From Acidobacteriaceae bacterium (GTDB taxonomy: Bacteria; Acidobacteriota; Terriglobia; Terriglobales; Acidobacteriaceae): DNA of 64,000 bases. The stretch covers positions 7,367-71,366 of the forward strand of contig PMYE01000174.1 of the NCBI GenBank assembly GCA_003171315.1, written 5' to 3'. Below the pieces are notes generated by a model. The model worked only from the letters and a program-made list of their open reading frames with translations, was not told the DNA's origin and made no database searches. Shown here one piece after another: positions 1-11,100 of the stretch. Position 1 is the stretch's first letter. The number at the start of each line of letters is the position of its first letter. A program made the position numbers and the translations under genes.

Positions 1-136
1 CGGCCAGCGCCTTGCCGACCTCCTGCGGGGAACGCCCCGGCGGCCAGTTGCTGAAGTAGTCCCGTTGCGCGCAAACGGTGACGGCCGCGGCCGGCAAGAG
101 TAATCCCCAGGCAGCAATCTTCAAGAGGGCGCTCAT
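1..136 (-). CDS. exported protein, N-terminal fragment (gene continues past window start)
   Basis: ATG at 136-134 on the minus strand, followed by MSALLKIAAWGLLLPAAAVTVCAQRDYFSNWPPGRSPQEVGKALA, a signal-peptide-like start. The frame stays open to base 1. Too short for the ORF track; family not assignable. Confidence 0.4.
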   Translation of the reverse strand, partial: MSALLKIAAWGLLLPAAAVTVCAQRDYFSNWPPGRSPQEVGKALA

Positions 137-288
137 TTGCATTCCTCCAGAGTGCGATGCGTTACGCGAAGCCATTCTATAGCGGGTCTCCTGTAGATGT
201 AGACCAAGGCACAATCGCGCGGCTCGAGTCATAACCATGCCTTGATACTCCACGGGCTCATGCCGGTCAACCGCATCCGAAGCGAACC

Positions 289-2034
289 ATGCGTACTTTC
301 CTTTATGAAGAAGCGCTGGCCAGCCGGTATCCTGTTCGAGACATGCGGTGGAGCAGGCTGATTGTCGTCTTCCGGTGGCTCTTCGACGGTCGCCGCGGCC
401 CGCGGGGGCAAATGGTTCCGCGGTGGATCTTCCTGCGCGCGCTCGCGCTTATCTACTTCTCCGCGTTCTATTCGCTGCTGTTTCAGATCAAGGGCTTGAT
501 CGGCCCGGACGGAATTCTGCCCGCGCGGGATTATCTGGCCGATGTCGCGCAGCAATTGGGCCTGGAGCGCTACTGGTACGCGCCGTCGCTTTACTGGATC
601 TCGTCGAGCTCCGCGACGATGATGACGGTGACGTGGATCGGCCTCATTGCCGCCGTGATTGCCTTCCTGAACGTGTGGCCGCGGTTGAGCTTTTTCGTCT
701 GCTTTGTGTGTTTCCTTTCGTATGTCGGCGCGAGCAGCGTGTTCTCGAGCTATCAGTCAGACGGCATGCTGCTTGAAGCGGGATTCCTGGCGCTGATTTT
801 CGCTCCGCGCGGGCTGTGGCCGGGATGGGGCGCGCACGATCCGCCCGCGCGTATGAGCTGGTTTCTGCTGCAATGGGAGTGGTTTCGGATTTATTTCGAA
901 TCCGGCATGGTGAAGCTCGCCAGCGGCGACCCGCAGTGGCGCAACTTCACGGCCATGGACGAGTATTACCAGAATGGCCCGCTGCCCACGTGGATCGGCT
1001 GGTACGTGCAGCACCTGCCGCATTGGTTCCAAGCGGCCACCGTTGGAGGAACCCTGGCGCTCGAATTGGGCCTGGCGTTCATGATGTTCTTTCCGCGCCG
1101 CGTGAGGCTGATCCTTTTCTTCATCGTCACGCCTTGGGAGATTGGCGTCATCCTCACCGCCAACTATGCGTTTCTGAACTACCTGGTGCTGTCGCTTGGC
1201 TTCCTGCTGCTGGATGACAAGTTCCTGCTCCGCCTGGTTCCCGCACGCTTTCGCCCGCACCAGCCGGAACGGATTTCAGCGCCGGCGCAGGAATTGCATG
1301 AGGAGCAGCCATTATCGATTCTGGCCGCGGGCGAGGCCAGCGTGACAACGGCGGACATTGAGGCGCACGAGCATGTCCCCAGGCGCCGCGCATTTCTCGA
1401 ACATTTCGGATTTTCGTGGTGGGTTGCCCGCCTGGCCGCAGCCGCATTCATGCTCACATGGATCGCCTACAACACGATTGTGGAGATGATCGGAATTCCT
1501 CTGCGCGACGTTCCGCTGCCGGTGAAGCCGCTCGTCGCGCTCGAGCCTTTTCGCATTGCCAACCAGTACGGCCTCTTCGCGGTGATGACCCGCGGACGCT
1601 ACGAGATCGAATTTCAGGGTTCCGACGACGGCACAAACTGGACCGCGTATCCGTTTCGGAACAAGCCGCAGGCGTTGAACGAAGCGCCAGGCATCTATGC
1701 GCCCTATCAGCCGCGCTTCGACTGGAACCTGTGGTTTGCTTCGCTCGGCGGCTGGCGCGACAACGAGATTGTGCCGCTGACAGAGGAGCGCCTTCTCTTG
1801 GGCGATGGCGATGTACTCGCGCTTTTCAAAAGTAATCCCTTCCCGCAGATTCCGCCGCGCTATGTGCGCGCAGTGCTTTGGCAATACTGGTTCACATCGA
1901 TGGATGAAAAGCGGCGAACCGGCAACTGGTGGCGCCGCGAGTATCTTGGCCTGTACGCGCCGGAGCTGGCCATGACCGCGGATGGCCGCTTTGCTGTGGT
2001 GGAATGGCCTGAAGAGTTGCCGCCCCATGACTGA
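289..2034 (+). CDS. lipase maturation factor (LMF1-like) family polytopic membrane protein
   Basis: 581-aa ORF with many hydrophobic segments. The C-terminal soluble part contains APYQPRFDWNLWFASLG, which I recognise as the LMF family signature region. Confidence 0.75.
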   Translation: MRTFLYEEALASRYPVRDMRWSRLIVVFRWLFDGRRGPRGQMVPRWIFLRALALIYFSAFYSLLFQIKGLIGPDGILPARDYLADVAQQLGLERYWYAPSLYWISSSSATMMTVTWIGLIAAVIAFLNVWPRLSFFVCFVCFLSYVGASSVFSSYQSDGMLLEAGFLALIFAPRGLWPGWGAHDPPARMSWFLLQWEWFRIYFESGMVKLASGDPQWRNFTAMDEYYQNGPLPTWIGWYVQHLPHWFQAATVGGTLALELGLAFMMFFPRRVRLILFFIVTPWEIGVILTANYAFLNYLVLSLGFLLLDDKFLLRLVPARFRPHQPERISAPAQELHEEQPLSILAAGEASVTTADIEAHEHVPRRRAFLEHFGFSWWVARLAAAAFMLTWIAYNTIVEMIGIPLRDVPLPVKPLVALEPFRIANQYGLFAVMTRGRYEIEFQGSDDGTNWTAYPFRNKPQALNEAPGIYAPYQPRFDWNLWFASLGGWRDNEIVPLTEERLLLGDGDVLALFKSNPFPQIPPRYVRAVLWQYWFTSMDEKRRTGNWWRREYLGLYAPELAMTADGRFAVVEWPEELPPHD

Positions 2035-2063
2035 AGAACGAATGACCGGAGGACGATGACACA

Positions 2064-3485
2064 ATGAGCCGCGCCAGCGTGATTGGTTCGGGCCCCAATG
2101 GCCTCGCCGCAGCCATTGTGCTCGCCGCAGCGGGGATGCGCGTGGAGGTCTTTGAGGCCGAAGCCGAACCTGGCGGAGCAGCGCGCACGCTGCCCCTCAC
2201 ATTGCCGGGGTTTCTGCACGACTTTGGCTCGGCCGTACATCCGTTCGCGGCGGGGTCTCCATTTTTTGCCACGCTACCCCTTGGGGACCACGGGCTGGAG
2301 TGGATCCACGGAGAAGCGCCGCTGGCGCACCCGCTTGACGATGGCTCGGCCGTGGTGCTGGAGCGCGACCTGGAGCATGCGGAGCGCGCACTGGGAGCGG
2401 ACGGCAAGGTGTGGCGCGGCTTGATGCAACCGGCGGCGAATGACTGGATGGAGTTTGCCGAAGATACGCTGGGGCCCGCGCTGCGCATTCCGCATCATCC
2501 GCTGCGCATTGCGCGATTCGGACTTTCGTCGATCCAATCCGCGCAGGGCTTTGCCAAGAGCCACTTCGTCAGCGCGCGCACACGGGCCATCTTCGCGGGG
2601 TTGGCGGGCCACTCGTTCCTGAGCTTCGACCAGCCGTTGAGCGCGACCATCGGATGGATGTTCGGCATCACCATTCACGCGGTGGGCTGGCCGATTCCGC
2701 GCGGCGGCGCGCGTGCTATCACGCAGGCGCTCATCGGCACCCTGGAGGCGTTGGGTGGAACTGTGCACACGTCCTCCCGCATCGATGCGGCCGCGTTCCG
2801 TGAGTTGGAATCGAGCAGCGAGCTTGTACTCTTCGACACAACTCCAAGGCAACTGGTCTCGATTGCAGGCGAACGGCTTGCGCCCAAATACAGAACCGCG
2901 CTGGAGCGTTTCCAGCACGCGCCGGGCGCGTTCAAAATCGACTACGCCCTTTCGCAACCCGTTCCGTGGCGCGCGGCACATTGCCGGCGAGCGATCACGG
3001 TGCACCTGGGCGGGTCGTTTGAGGAGATTGCCGAGGCCGAATATGCCGTAGCCCATGGGCACGAAGCCGAAAGGCCATTTGTGCTGGTTGCGCAGCCAAC
3101 GCTTTTTGATCCATCGCGCGCGCCGGAGGGTAAGCATGTGTTGTGGGCCTATTGCCACGTGCCCAACGGGTCAACAGCCGACATGACGGAGCGGATCGAA
3201 GCGCAGATCGAGCGCTTTGCGCCAGGGTTCCGCGATTGCGTTTTGGCGCGGCACGTTTCCGCGCCCGCGGCTCTGGAAGCGATGGATGCAAATCTCGTGG
3301 GCGGAGACATCAGCGGCGGCGCGATGACGATGCGGCAGATGTTTTTCCGGCCGACGGCTAGCGGCTACGCGACCGGCGCGCCCAAGCTTTATCTGTGTTC
3401 GGCGTCGACGCCGCCGGGTGGAGGTGTGCACGGCATGTGCGGCTACCACGCTGCGCGGCTTGCGCTGCGGGCGTTCAAGAGGTGA
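2064..3485 (+). CDS. NAD(P)/FAD-dependent oxidoreductase, phytoene-desaturase (CrtI-like) family
   Basis: 473-aa ORF with an N-terminal dinucleotide-binding motif VIGSGPNGLAAAIVLAAAGMRVEVFE. Length and layout fit CrtI/amine-oxidase-like flavoproteins. It starts 29 nt after the LMF gene. Confidence 0.75.
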   Translation: MSRASVIGSGPNGLAAAIVLAAAGMRVEVFEAEAEPGGAARTLPLTLPGFLHDFGSAVHPFAAGSPFFATLPLGDHGLEWIHGEAPLAHPLDDGSAVVLERDLEHAERALGADGKVWRGLMQPAANDWMEFAEDTLGPALRIPHHPLRIARFGLSSIQSAQGFAKSHFVSARTRAIFAGLAGHSFLSFDQPLSATIGWMFGITIHAVGWPIPRGGARAITQALIGTLEALGGTVHTSSRIDAAAFRELESSSELVLFDTTPRQLVSIAGERLAPKYRTALERFQHAPGAFKIDYALSQPVPWRAAHCRRAITVHLGGSFEEIAEAEYAVAHGHEAERPFVLVAQPTLFDPSRAPEGKHVLWAYCHVPNGSTADMTERIEAQIERFAPGFRDCVLARHVSAPAALEAMDANLVGGDISGGAMTMRQMFFRPTASGYATGAPKLYLCSASTPPGGGVHGMCGYHAARLALRAFKR

Positions 3486-3572
3486 TTTGCGGAGCACGGG
3501 AGGGATCTGGGCCGCGCTTTGGCAACGCCATGGATGCGATGGTTCATAGAATTCGGGGATCGCACGTGGAAC

Positions 3573-4244
3573 TCAGGAAGGCCGCGCCTGCTCGGCGAGG
3601 TACGCTAGCCATCCATCCATCCCCGCGCCGGTTTTGGCCGAGGTTTCGAAGATCCGGATACCGGGGCGGATCTCGTTGATGTTTCCGAGGGCCAGCTCGC
3701 GGTCGAAGGCGCAGGGAACGGCGAGATCGATCTTGGTGATGACTGCGGCGTCGGCAGAGTTGAACAGCCCCGGATATTTGAGCGGCTTGTCCTCGCCCTC
3801 GGTCACGCTCAGCAGCACCACCCGGATGCGTTCGCCGAGGTCGTAGCTCGACGGGCATACCAGGTTGCCGACGTTCTCGATGAAGAGATAGTCGAGTCCG
3901 GCGAGCGCCAGGCTCTCCCACGCGTCGAGATGCTTCGCGACCATTTCCGCGTCAAGGTGGCAGATGCCGTGAGTATTGATCTGGCGCACAGGCACGCCGC
4001 TTGCAGCCAGCCGGCGAGCATCGTTGTCGGTCTCAAGATCGCCCACCAGCGCCGCGGCGCGCGCCCCACGGGCGTGGAGCTCGCGCAGCGTGCGCTCAAG
4101 GAACGCTGTCTTGCCCGTTCCGGGGCTCGACACCAGGTTCAGCACCAGCACCCCGGCCGACGTGAAACGCTCGCGCAGCCCCGCCGCCAACTCGTCGTTC
4201 TTCTTCAGGATTCCCCGCCGCAGCTCAACAATCCGGGTGGTCAT
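3573..4244 (-). CDS. hypB: hydrogenase/urease nickel incorporation GTPase HypB
   Basis: P-loop SSPGTGKT and ENVGNLVCPSSYDLGE, typical of HypB G3E GTPases. It overlaps the hypA stop by 4 nt. Confidence 0.9.
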   Translation of the reverse strand: MTTRIVELRRGILKKNDELAAGLRERFTSAGVLVLNLVSSPGTGKTAFLERTLRELHARGARAAALVGDLETDNDARRLAASGVPVRQINTHGICHLDAEMVAKHLDAWESLALAGLDYLFIENVGNLVCPSSYDLGERIRVVLLSVTEGEDKPLKYPGLFNSADAAVITKIDLAVPCAFDRELALGNINEIRPGIRIFETSAKTGAGMDGWLAYLAEQARPS

Positions 4245-4642
4245 ATGTGCTCCTCCATGGGTTCCGGCGCGCCACTCTCCGGTTGTTTCGGCTCCGGTTC
4301 TTCCAGCTCAATCGATTCGATCTCCAACTCGCGTCCCTGGCGAAGATCGGCAGCCAGCTCACCGCAGCGCGGGCAGCGAAAGCTCTGCACGCCGCCGATC
4401 TCGGAGTCAACGCCGCAGGCGTCGCAGTGCACGATGACCGGTAGCTTGTTGATGACGAGCGTTGCGCCGGCGAGCGGCGAGCCTTCCGTAGCCAGCTCCC
4501 AGCAGAACTGGAGCGAATCTTCAATGACCGAGGCCAGCGCGCCCACGCGCAGCCGTACCTGCTTGACGCGAGCGCCGGGATAGGCGGAGGCGGCTTCGCT
4601 GACTGCTTCCACAATGCTAGTCGCGATGGAGAGCTCGTGCAT
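4241..4642 (-). CDS. hypA: hydrogenase maturation nickel metallochaperone HypA
   Basis: Canonical MHELSI N-terminus at an internal ATG (4642) of the 243-aa ORF. Zinc site CDACG...CPRCG. The upstream 110 aa of the ORF look non-coding. Confidence 0.9.
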   Translation of the reverse strand: MHELSIATSIVEAVSEAASAYPGARVKQVRLRVGALASVIEDSLQFCWELATEGSPLAGATLVINKLPVIVHCDACGVDSEIGGVQSFRCPRCGELAADLRQGRELEIESIELEEPEPKQPESGAPEPMEEHI

Positions 4643-4731
4643 CGATTCTGTCTGCAAGATACTACGCCCGCGCCGTCTTTGGCTGCGAGCGGCTACGCAA
4701 GCTTCGAGCTCCTTGGCCGGAACCAGGCCGC

Positions 4732-7347
4732 TTATGAGCCGCTCTGGCTCGCCAGCCACGTTTTCAGATTCGGCTCCTGCAGGCGGCGCAGTTCGATGCA
4801 GCCATCGATATGTTCGAGGGCGTGCTTGAGCGCCACGTCGGAGGCAGGAACCGGATGCGCGGTGAAGAAGCTCTTCACATCGTCGCGGGCCTCGGCGCTG
4901 CAAAAGCTCCCCGTAGAGCTTACAAGATCCGAGCCGAGGTCGGTGGTTAACTCCGCCTGGACCTGATCCCAATGCGTTTTGATGAAATTCCAGGTGGCAT
5001 CGCGGTTCTCGGGGATTTCGAGACCGATGGCGAACTGAATTGCGGCGTCCTGGTTGCGCACGTTGCTTGACACCGAATACTCGAGAGCGCGCTCAAGCAG
5101 GGCGGGCTTGTCAAACACAACCAGCAGACGCAACGCAGTCTCCTGTAAATCGGGATCTTTGGAGGTCTTGTACACGTCCTCCATGCGGTCGAAGAGAGCG
5201 GCGTCGCCGTTCTCGGCGGCCACTTGCAGAGCGGCCTGTCCGAGCGTCGGATCGACTGACGCGGGATTGGAAAGATACCGATCGGCGATCTTACGCGCCT
5301 GGGCGATGAGATCGGCGTCGTTGCCGCGATCGGCAAGCAGCGAGAAGAGGTGCGCGCGCAGTTCACGCGTGTTGGGCGAGTCGCCGGGCGCGGGAGGGCC
5401 GAGCTTGGCGTACTCGGGGGCAAAGGTGCGGCTGATCCACGCGGCAAGCGCATCGCGCTCCTCTTTCGTTGAGGCCACGCGGTCGGCAACAACGCCAACA
5501 TTCTCAAATGCATTCGAGAGCACGCCGGCGTTGGGATCGGATTTGAGCGCGGCGGCCAGATTCAGATAATCGCCCACGGTGGCTTTGCCGGCGCGCATCT
5601 GCGCCCACTCGTCGCCGATCAGGCTGATGCGCTCCGGCGGCGTCAGCCCGGACTCGGCGCGGGCGACCAGCGCGGCGTACAGCGCAGGCGCGTACGCGCT
5701 GCGGTAGTAGCCCTTGCCGCCCGCGTTGGCGAAGAAAAGGCCGGCGGACGGAGCCTTCAGGCTGGCTGTTTCAGGCGTCGCAAGCTCGCAGTCGAGGGCA
5801 TCCGCGGTCTTGAAGCAAACCGGCAGCGTCCATTTCTGTTCTGCGTTCGGCTCCACGCCGGGGCTGAGAAAGAATCGCTTCTGCACGACGGAGGCTGATC
5901 CGTCCGCGGGCGTTCCGAAGCTGAGGATGGGTTCACCGGGCTGCACTACCAGCGACTCCATGATCTTGTCCACCGGTTTGTGGCTCACGGCCGTTTGCGC
6001 GTTCCAGAAATCCTGCGCCGTGGCGTTCCCGTATTCGTGCGCGGCCAGATACGCATGAACGCCCTTGCGGAAGGTTTCTTCGCCCAGATAGTTCTCCACC
6101 ATGAGCAACACGTCACTGGCCTTGCCGTAGGCGATGCTGTCGAACATCTGGTCGATCTCGGCGGGCGTCTCGGCCTTGGCCCGGATGGCGCGCGTGGTGG
6201 GCTGCGCATCGACATTCAGCGTGTCCTGTTCGTCGCCGGTGACCACCTGCGGAATGTTCCACTCGGGATGCATGGCGGCCACGGGCTTGTTTTCCATCCA
6301 AGTGGCAAAGCCCTCGTTGAGCCAGATGTTGTCCCACCACTGCATGGTGACCAGGTCGCCGAACCACTGGTGAGCCATCTCATGCGCGATGGTGAGGGCT
6401 ACGTTTTCCTTGTCGGCGACCGGCGCGGTCTTTGGATCGAGCAACAGGTCGGTTTCACGAAAGGTGATGGCGCCGAAGTTCTCCATGGCGCCGGCCTCGA
6501 AGTCGGGAATGCCAATGAGGTCGAGCTTCTTGAGCGGATAGTGAATGCCGAAGTAGTCGTCGTAGTAGTGCAAAACATACTTGGCGATGCCGAGCGCGTA
6601 GGGCGTGAGCGCGACCTTATCGGGAGTTGAGCAGACACGCAAATCGACGTTGTCCTGGCGCCCGCCGGTGCACTGGAAGTCGCCCACCAGGAAGGCGACG
6701 AGATAGGTGGACATTTTGGGCGTGGTGGCGAATTCAAGCGTGTGCTTGTTGATCCCGGGACCGGGCGTGTCGGCCACGATGGCGGTGTTCGAGATCGCGG
6801 TGTCGCCGGCGTCGATGACCAGCGAGATATCGAACCTGGCCTTGAAGGCCGGCTCGTCGAAGCAGGGGAAGGCGCGGCGGGCGTCGGTGGCCTCAAACTG
6901 CGTAACGGCATAGCGCCGGCGGGCGGTCTTGGCGAGATAGAAGCCGCGCAGCTCGTTGTTCAGAATGCCGGTGTAGCGGATCTTGATGGTGGCGTTGCCT
7001 GCGGGGACGATCTTGGGAAATGTGAAGGTGGCCTGCTGCTTTTCCGGATCGAGGCTTACCGTGCCCGTCTGCCGGGGACCGTTGGGGTAGATGGTCACCG
7101 ACTGGAACGCGATCTCAATGGCGTTCAGAGTGATCGATCGCGTGGGCTGGCCGATGTTCATGTCGATCGCTTCCACGCCGGAGAAGGAGGCGGCTTTCAA
7201 GTCGGGCGTGAGCCTGAGAGTGTAGTGCGTGGGCACGACGGTTGACGGCAGGCGCTGGGCGCGGGCGGCGCAGGGACAAAAAAGAACAAGCGCGGCAACG
7301 GCGCTAAAGGCAGCGCGCGGCGAAAAGGCAAAATGGAGAGATTTCAT
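4732..7347 (-). CDS. pepN: M1 family zinc aminopeptidase (aminopeptidase N-like), secreted
   Basis: GAMEN motif (EAGAMENFG) and HEMAHQWFG...NEGFA zinc site. Signal peptide MKSLHFAFSPRAAFSAVAALVLFCPCAARAQ begins at the ATG at 7347. Confidence 0.9.
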   Translation of the reverse strand: MKSLHFAFSPRAAFSAVAALVLFCPCAARAQRLPSTVVPTHYTLRLTPDLKAASFSGVEAIDMNIGQPTRSITLNAIEIAFQSVTIYPNGPRQTGTVSLDPEKQQATFTFPKIVPAGNATIKIRYTGILNNELRGFYLAKTARRRYAVTQFEATDARRAFPCFDEPAFKARFDISLVIDAGDTAISNTAIVADTPGPGINKHTLEFATTPKMSTYLVAFLVGDFQCTGGRQDNVDLRVCSTPDKVALTPYALGIAKYVLHYYDDYFGIHYPLKKLDLIGIPDFEAGAMENFGAITFRETDLLLDPKTAPVADKENVALTIAHEMAHQWFGDLVTMQWWDNIWLNEGFATWMENKPVAAMHPEWNIPQVVTGDEQDTLNVDAQPTTRAIRAKAETPAEIDQMFDSIAYGKASDVLLMVENYLGEETFRKGVHAYLAAHEYGNATAQDFWNAQTAVSHKPVDKIMESLVVQPGEPILSFGTPADGSASVVQKRFFLSPGVEPNAEQKWTLPVCFKTADALDCELATPETASLKAPSAGLFFANAGGKGYYRSAYAPALYAALVARAESGLTPPERISLIGDEWAQMRAGKATVGDYLNLAAALKSDPNAGVLSNAFENVGVVADRVASTKEERDALAAWISRTFAPEYAKLGPPAPGDSPNTRELRAHLFSLLADRGNDADLIAQARKIADRYLSNPASVDPTLGQAALQVAAENGDAALFDRMEDVYKTSKDPDLQETALRLLVVFDKPALLERALEYSVSSNVRNQDAAIQFAIGLEIPENRDATWNFIKTHWDQVQAELTTDLGSDLVSSTGSFCSAEARDDVKSFFTAHPVPASDVALKHALEHIDGCIELRRLQEPNLKTWLASQSGS

Positions 7348-7589
7348 CGGGCTCCTCGCGGGGCGTCGGACGAAGCAGCAGAACAATGTTTCGGGCCAAC
7401 TGCGCGGCTTTACGATGTAGCTGCGCGGAACGAGCCCTCAACGGCCATCCCTTCGATTCTTTCATACCGTGTGTCAGCCAATGCGCGCGGGCGCCAGCAT
7501 GGCCACAGCGGATTTGGGAATCCTGCCGGAGGGCAGCGTAAATCAATTCGCTGGCCGGCCCTGGCGCCCGGCGGACCGCGCCTACGAGG

Positions 7590-8105
7590 TCAGGATTCGG
7601 TTTTCCTGCGCGGCAGCGTCGAGTCGAGGAACAGCAGGCACGCTCCGATGACGACGGAGGAGTCGGCCACGTTGAAGTCGGGCCAGTGGTAGGTGAAGAT
7701 GTGGACCTCGATGAAGTCGATGACCGAGCCGTATGCGATGCGGTCGTGGGCGTTGCCGAGGGCTCCGCCGAGGATGAGGGCGAGAGCGACCGTGGCCAGC
7801 GTGATGCGATCGCCGAGCCGCAGCAGGACGATGAAGATGACCAGCGCGGCAAAGAGGGTGAACGCAACCAAGCCCCAGCGCACGGCGTTGGGCGAGGCGG
7901 TGTCGGCGAACAGAGAAAAGGCCGCGCCCTCGTTGGTCCAGTGCGAGATGCGAAGAACGTGGTCGATGACGGGGATTGCGCCTCCCAGAGGAATGTGCCT
8001 GGAGACCCAGTTCTTGGTCAGGCGGTCGGCAGTAATGACCAGCGCGGAGATAAGTAGAAGCCACGGCAGGCGGCGGGGGCGTGGCCAGTTATGTAGCCAG
8101 GTCAC
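7590..8105 (-). CDS. lspA: lipoprotein signal peptidase II
   Basis: Membrane protein with an LspA-like NWVSRHIPLGG...HWTNEGAAFSLF region. GTG at 8105 overlaps the ileS TGA (GTGA) and is preceded by GGAGG. The ileS-lspA order is conserved. Confidence 0.85.
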   Translation of the reverse strand: MTWLHNWPRPRRLPWLLLISALVITADRLTKNWVSRHIPLGGAIPVIDHVLRISHWTNEGAAFSLFADTASPNAVRWGLVAFTLFAALVIFIVLLRLGDRITLATVALALILGGALGNAHDRIAYGSVIDFIEVHIFTYHWPDFNVADSSVVIGACLLFLDSTLPRRKTES

Positions 8106-11100
8106 TTTTCGGCCTCCGGTTGTGGGGGCGCGATGCCCATCTCGCACAGGGCCGACTGGCAGCGGGTGCAGACGTTCTGCCAGATGCCATAGTTCGCCGT
8201 GTCATGCGTGTAGCGCCAACAACGGTTGCACTTCGTTCCGATGGCACGGCTGGCGAACGCCCTAAATGACCTATTCGCAAACGTGCTTTTGATCAGATCG
8301 TACGCCTGGTCACCGAGCAAATTCCGTAACTCTCCAGAATCTGCATACAGATCGCCCACAAAAACAGACGAGACATTGAGAAACTCTTGCATCCTGTCCT
8401 TCGAAATGGATCGTAGGAATTGCGTGAAATCGCCACTTGCAACAATAGTTACAGATGCTTCAAGCCCTTTGCCCACCGACCCCTCCTTTCTCCAGTCCTC
8501 GATAGCCCGAAAGACTTCGTCGCGGAGCGCAAAGAGCTTTTGCCACTCGGCGAGAATGGGCGCGGGGTCGCCGGAGAAGATCTCTTCCGGCTTGGGAAAC
8601 AGCGCTAGATGCACGCTGGCTTCGCGGCCTTCGACGGCAGGCAGGTGCTCCCAAATCTCGTCGGCGGTAAAGGTAAGGATGGGCGCGACCAGCCGCACCA
8701 GCGCCTCGGTGACCTGCCAGAGCACGGTCTGCGCGGAGCGGCGCGCCGTGCTCGTGGGCGCGAAGGTGTACATGCGGTCCTTGAGCACGTCGAGGTAGAA
8801 GGCGCTCAGGTCCACGATGGCGAACTCGTTCACCGCCTGGTAGACGCGGTGAAACTCGAAGGCCTCGTACCAGGCAAGAATTTTCTCGGTCAGGTCGCGC
8901 GTGCGGGCCAGCATATAGCGGTCCAGAGGCAAAAGCTCGGCCTCGGGAACGCGATCGCGGGCAGGCACAAATCCGTGCAGATTGCCGAGCAGGAAGCGGA
9001 ATGTATTGCGCAGCTTCTTGTAAAGCTCGGCGCAACGCTGCATCAGGTTCTCGCTGGCAGCCGTGTCTTCGCGGAAGTCGACCGAGGCCACCCAGAGGCG
9101 CACGATTTCGCCGCCCATTCTGTTTGCAATATCGATGGGATCGACGCCGTTGCCGAGCGACTTCGACATGGCGCGGCCCTGTTCGTCGAGCGTCCAGCCG
9201 GCGGTAGCGACGTGGGAGTAGGGCGCGCGCCCGCGCAGCGCGACAGAGGTCAGCAGGGAAGAGTGGAACCAGCCGCGGTGCTGGTCGCCGCCCTCCAGGT
9301 ACAGAACCTCCGGGACTTCTCGCCCCTCCCCCTTTTGGAATAGGGAATAGGCTTGGCTAAGATCGGGATCGGACTCGCAGACGGCCAGCCAGCTCACGCC
9401 CGAGTCGAACCAGACGTCGAGGATGTCGGTTTCCTTGCGGAAGGCCGTGCCGCCGCAGTGGGCACACGCGGCGGCGGCGGGCAGCAGCACTTCGAGCGGC
9501 GTCGTGTGCCATGCCTCCGCGCCCTCGCGCTCGAAGAGATCGACGATCCCGCGGTTCAGCGCGGCGTCAACGATGGGCAGATTGCAGCCTTCGCACAGGA
9601 AGACGGCGATGGGCACGCCCCAGATGCGCTGGCGGCTGATGCACCAGTCGGGGCGTGTGGCGATCATGTTGGTGATGCGCTCCTTGCCCCAGGCCGGGTC
9701 CCAGATGACCTTGTCGATCTCCTCAATAGCCACCTGCCTGAATGTGGTTTCAGAGCCGTCGGCGCGCTTCACCGGCGTTTCCAGGCTGATGAACCACTGC
9801 TCGGTGGCGCGGAAGATCACGGGATGATGGCAGCGCCAGCAGTGCGGATAGGAGTGCTCCAGTTGCCCGCCGCCCAGCAGCGCCCCGCGCTCTTCGAGCA
9901 TGGCGACGATGATCGGGTTTGCCTTCCACACATTCAGCCCGTCGAAAGCCGGAGGCTGGGCCAGATGCCAAGCGGCGGGATCGACGTGGATGTGCCCGCC
10001 GGCATCGACGCGGCAGGTGGGGTCCAGACTGTAGCGCTGGCCGGTATAGAAGTCGTCAGCGCCGTGTGCGGGAGCGGTGTGGACTGCGCCGGTGCCCGTG
10101 TCGGCGGTGACGTAGTCACCCAGTACGCCGAGGATCGAGCGTTCCAGGAACGGATGCTGGAAGGTTAAACGTTCGAGCAGGGCGCCCTTGAAACGGGCAA
10201 GTTGTTTCGTGTGACCAAGCCGGCAGGCCGCGGCCACCTGCTCTGCCAGCGCAGCAGCGACAAGATAGACCTCGCCGGACTCGGCCTCCAGCGCCACATA
10301 GTCGAAGTCGGGGTGGAAGGCGACGGCCAGCGATGCGGGCAGCGTCCAGGGGGTGGTGGTCCAGACGATCGTTGAAACCTGCCGCCCGGCGAGCGCCGGA
10401 GCGATCGCCGCGGGATCGGAGGTGAGCCGGTAGCGGACGTAAATCGACGGGCTGGTGTGGTTCTCGTACTCGACCTCGGCCTCGGCCAGGGCGGTGCGAT
10501 CGTGGATGCACCAGTAAACCGGCTTGAGGCCGCGGTAGACGAAGCCTTTTTCGAGAAAGCCGTAGAAGGCCTCCAGCGTGCGGGCCTCGTAGCCGCGAGC
10601 CATGGTCTTGTAAGGCGTTTCCCAGCGGCCGAAGCAACCAATACGCTCGAACTGTTCGGTCTGCAGGCCGACGTACTTCTGGGCATAGGCGCGGCAGGCT
10701 TCGAGAACCGCGGGAACCGGCATTTCCAGCTTCTTGTGGCCCAGTTTCTCGTCTACTTTGATCTCGATGGGCAGCCCGTGGCAGTCGTAGCCGGGGACGT
10801 AGGGGGCGTCGAAGCCAGCCATGGTCTTGGACTTGACCACGAAGTCCTTGAGGCCCTTGTTCAGAGCGTGGCCCAGGTGGATGGGCCCATTGGCGTAGGG
10901 AGGGCCGTCGTGAAGCAGGTAGACGGGCCGTCCGCGGCCGGCTTTGCGCAGCTTTTCATAGAGGCCGAGCGAAGTCCAGCGGGCGAGCCGAAGCGGCTCA
11001 TTCTGCGGCAGATTGGCTTTCATCGCGAAGGCAGTCTGGGGCAAAGTGAGGGTCGCCTTCAACTCCGGCGCAGGGGACATCGGGACTCCGTTCTGGGATG

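Noticed and set aside
4643-4972. 110-aa N-terminal extension of hypA in the ORF track
   Set aside because: HypA proteins start with MHE. The extension overlaps the end of the aminopeptidase gene region and has non-protein-like composition.
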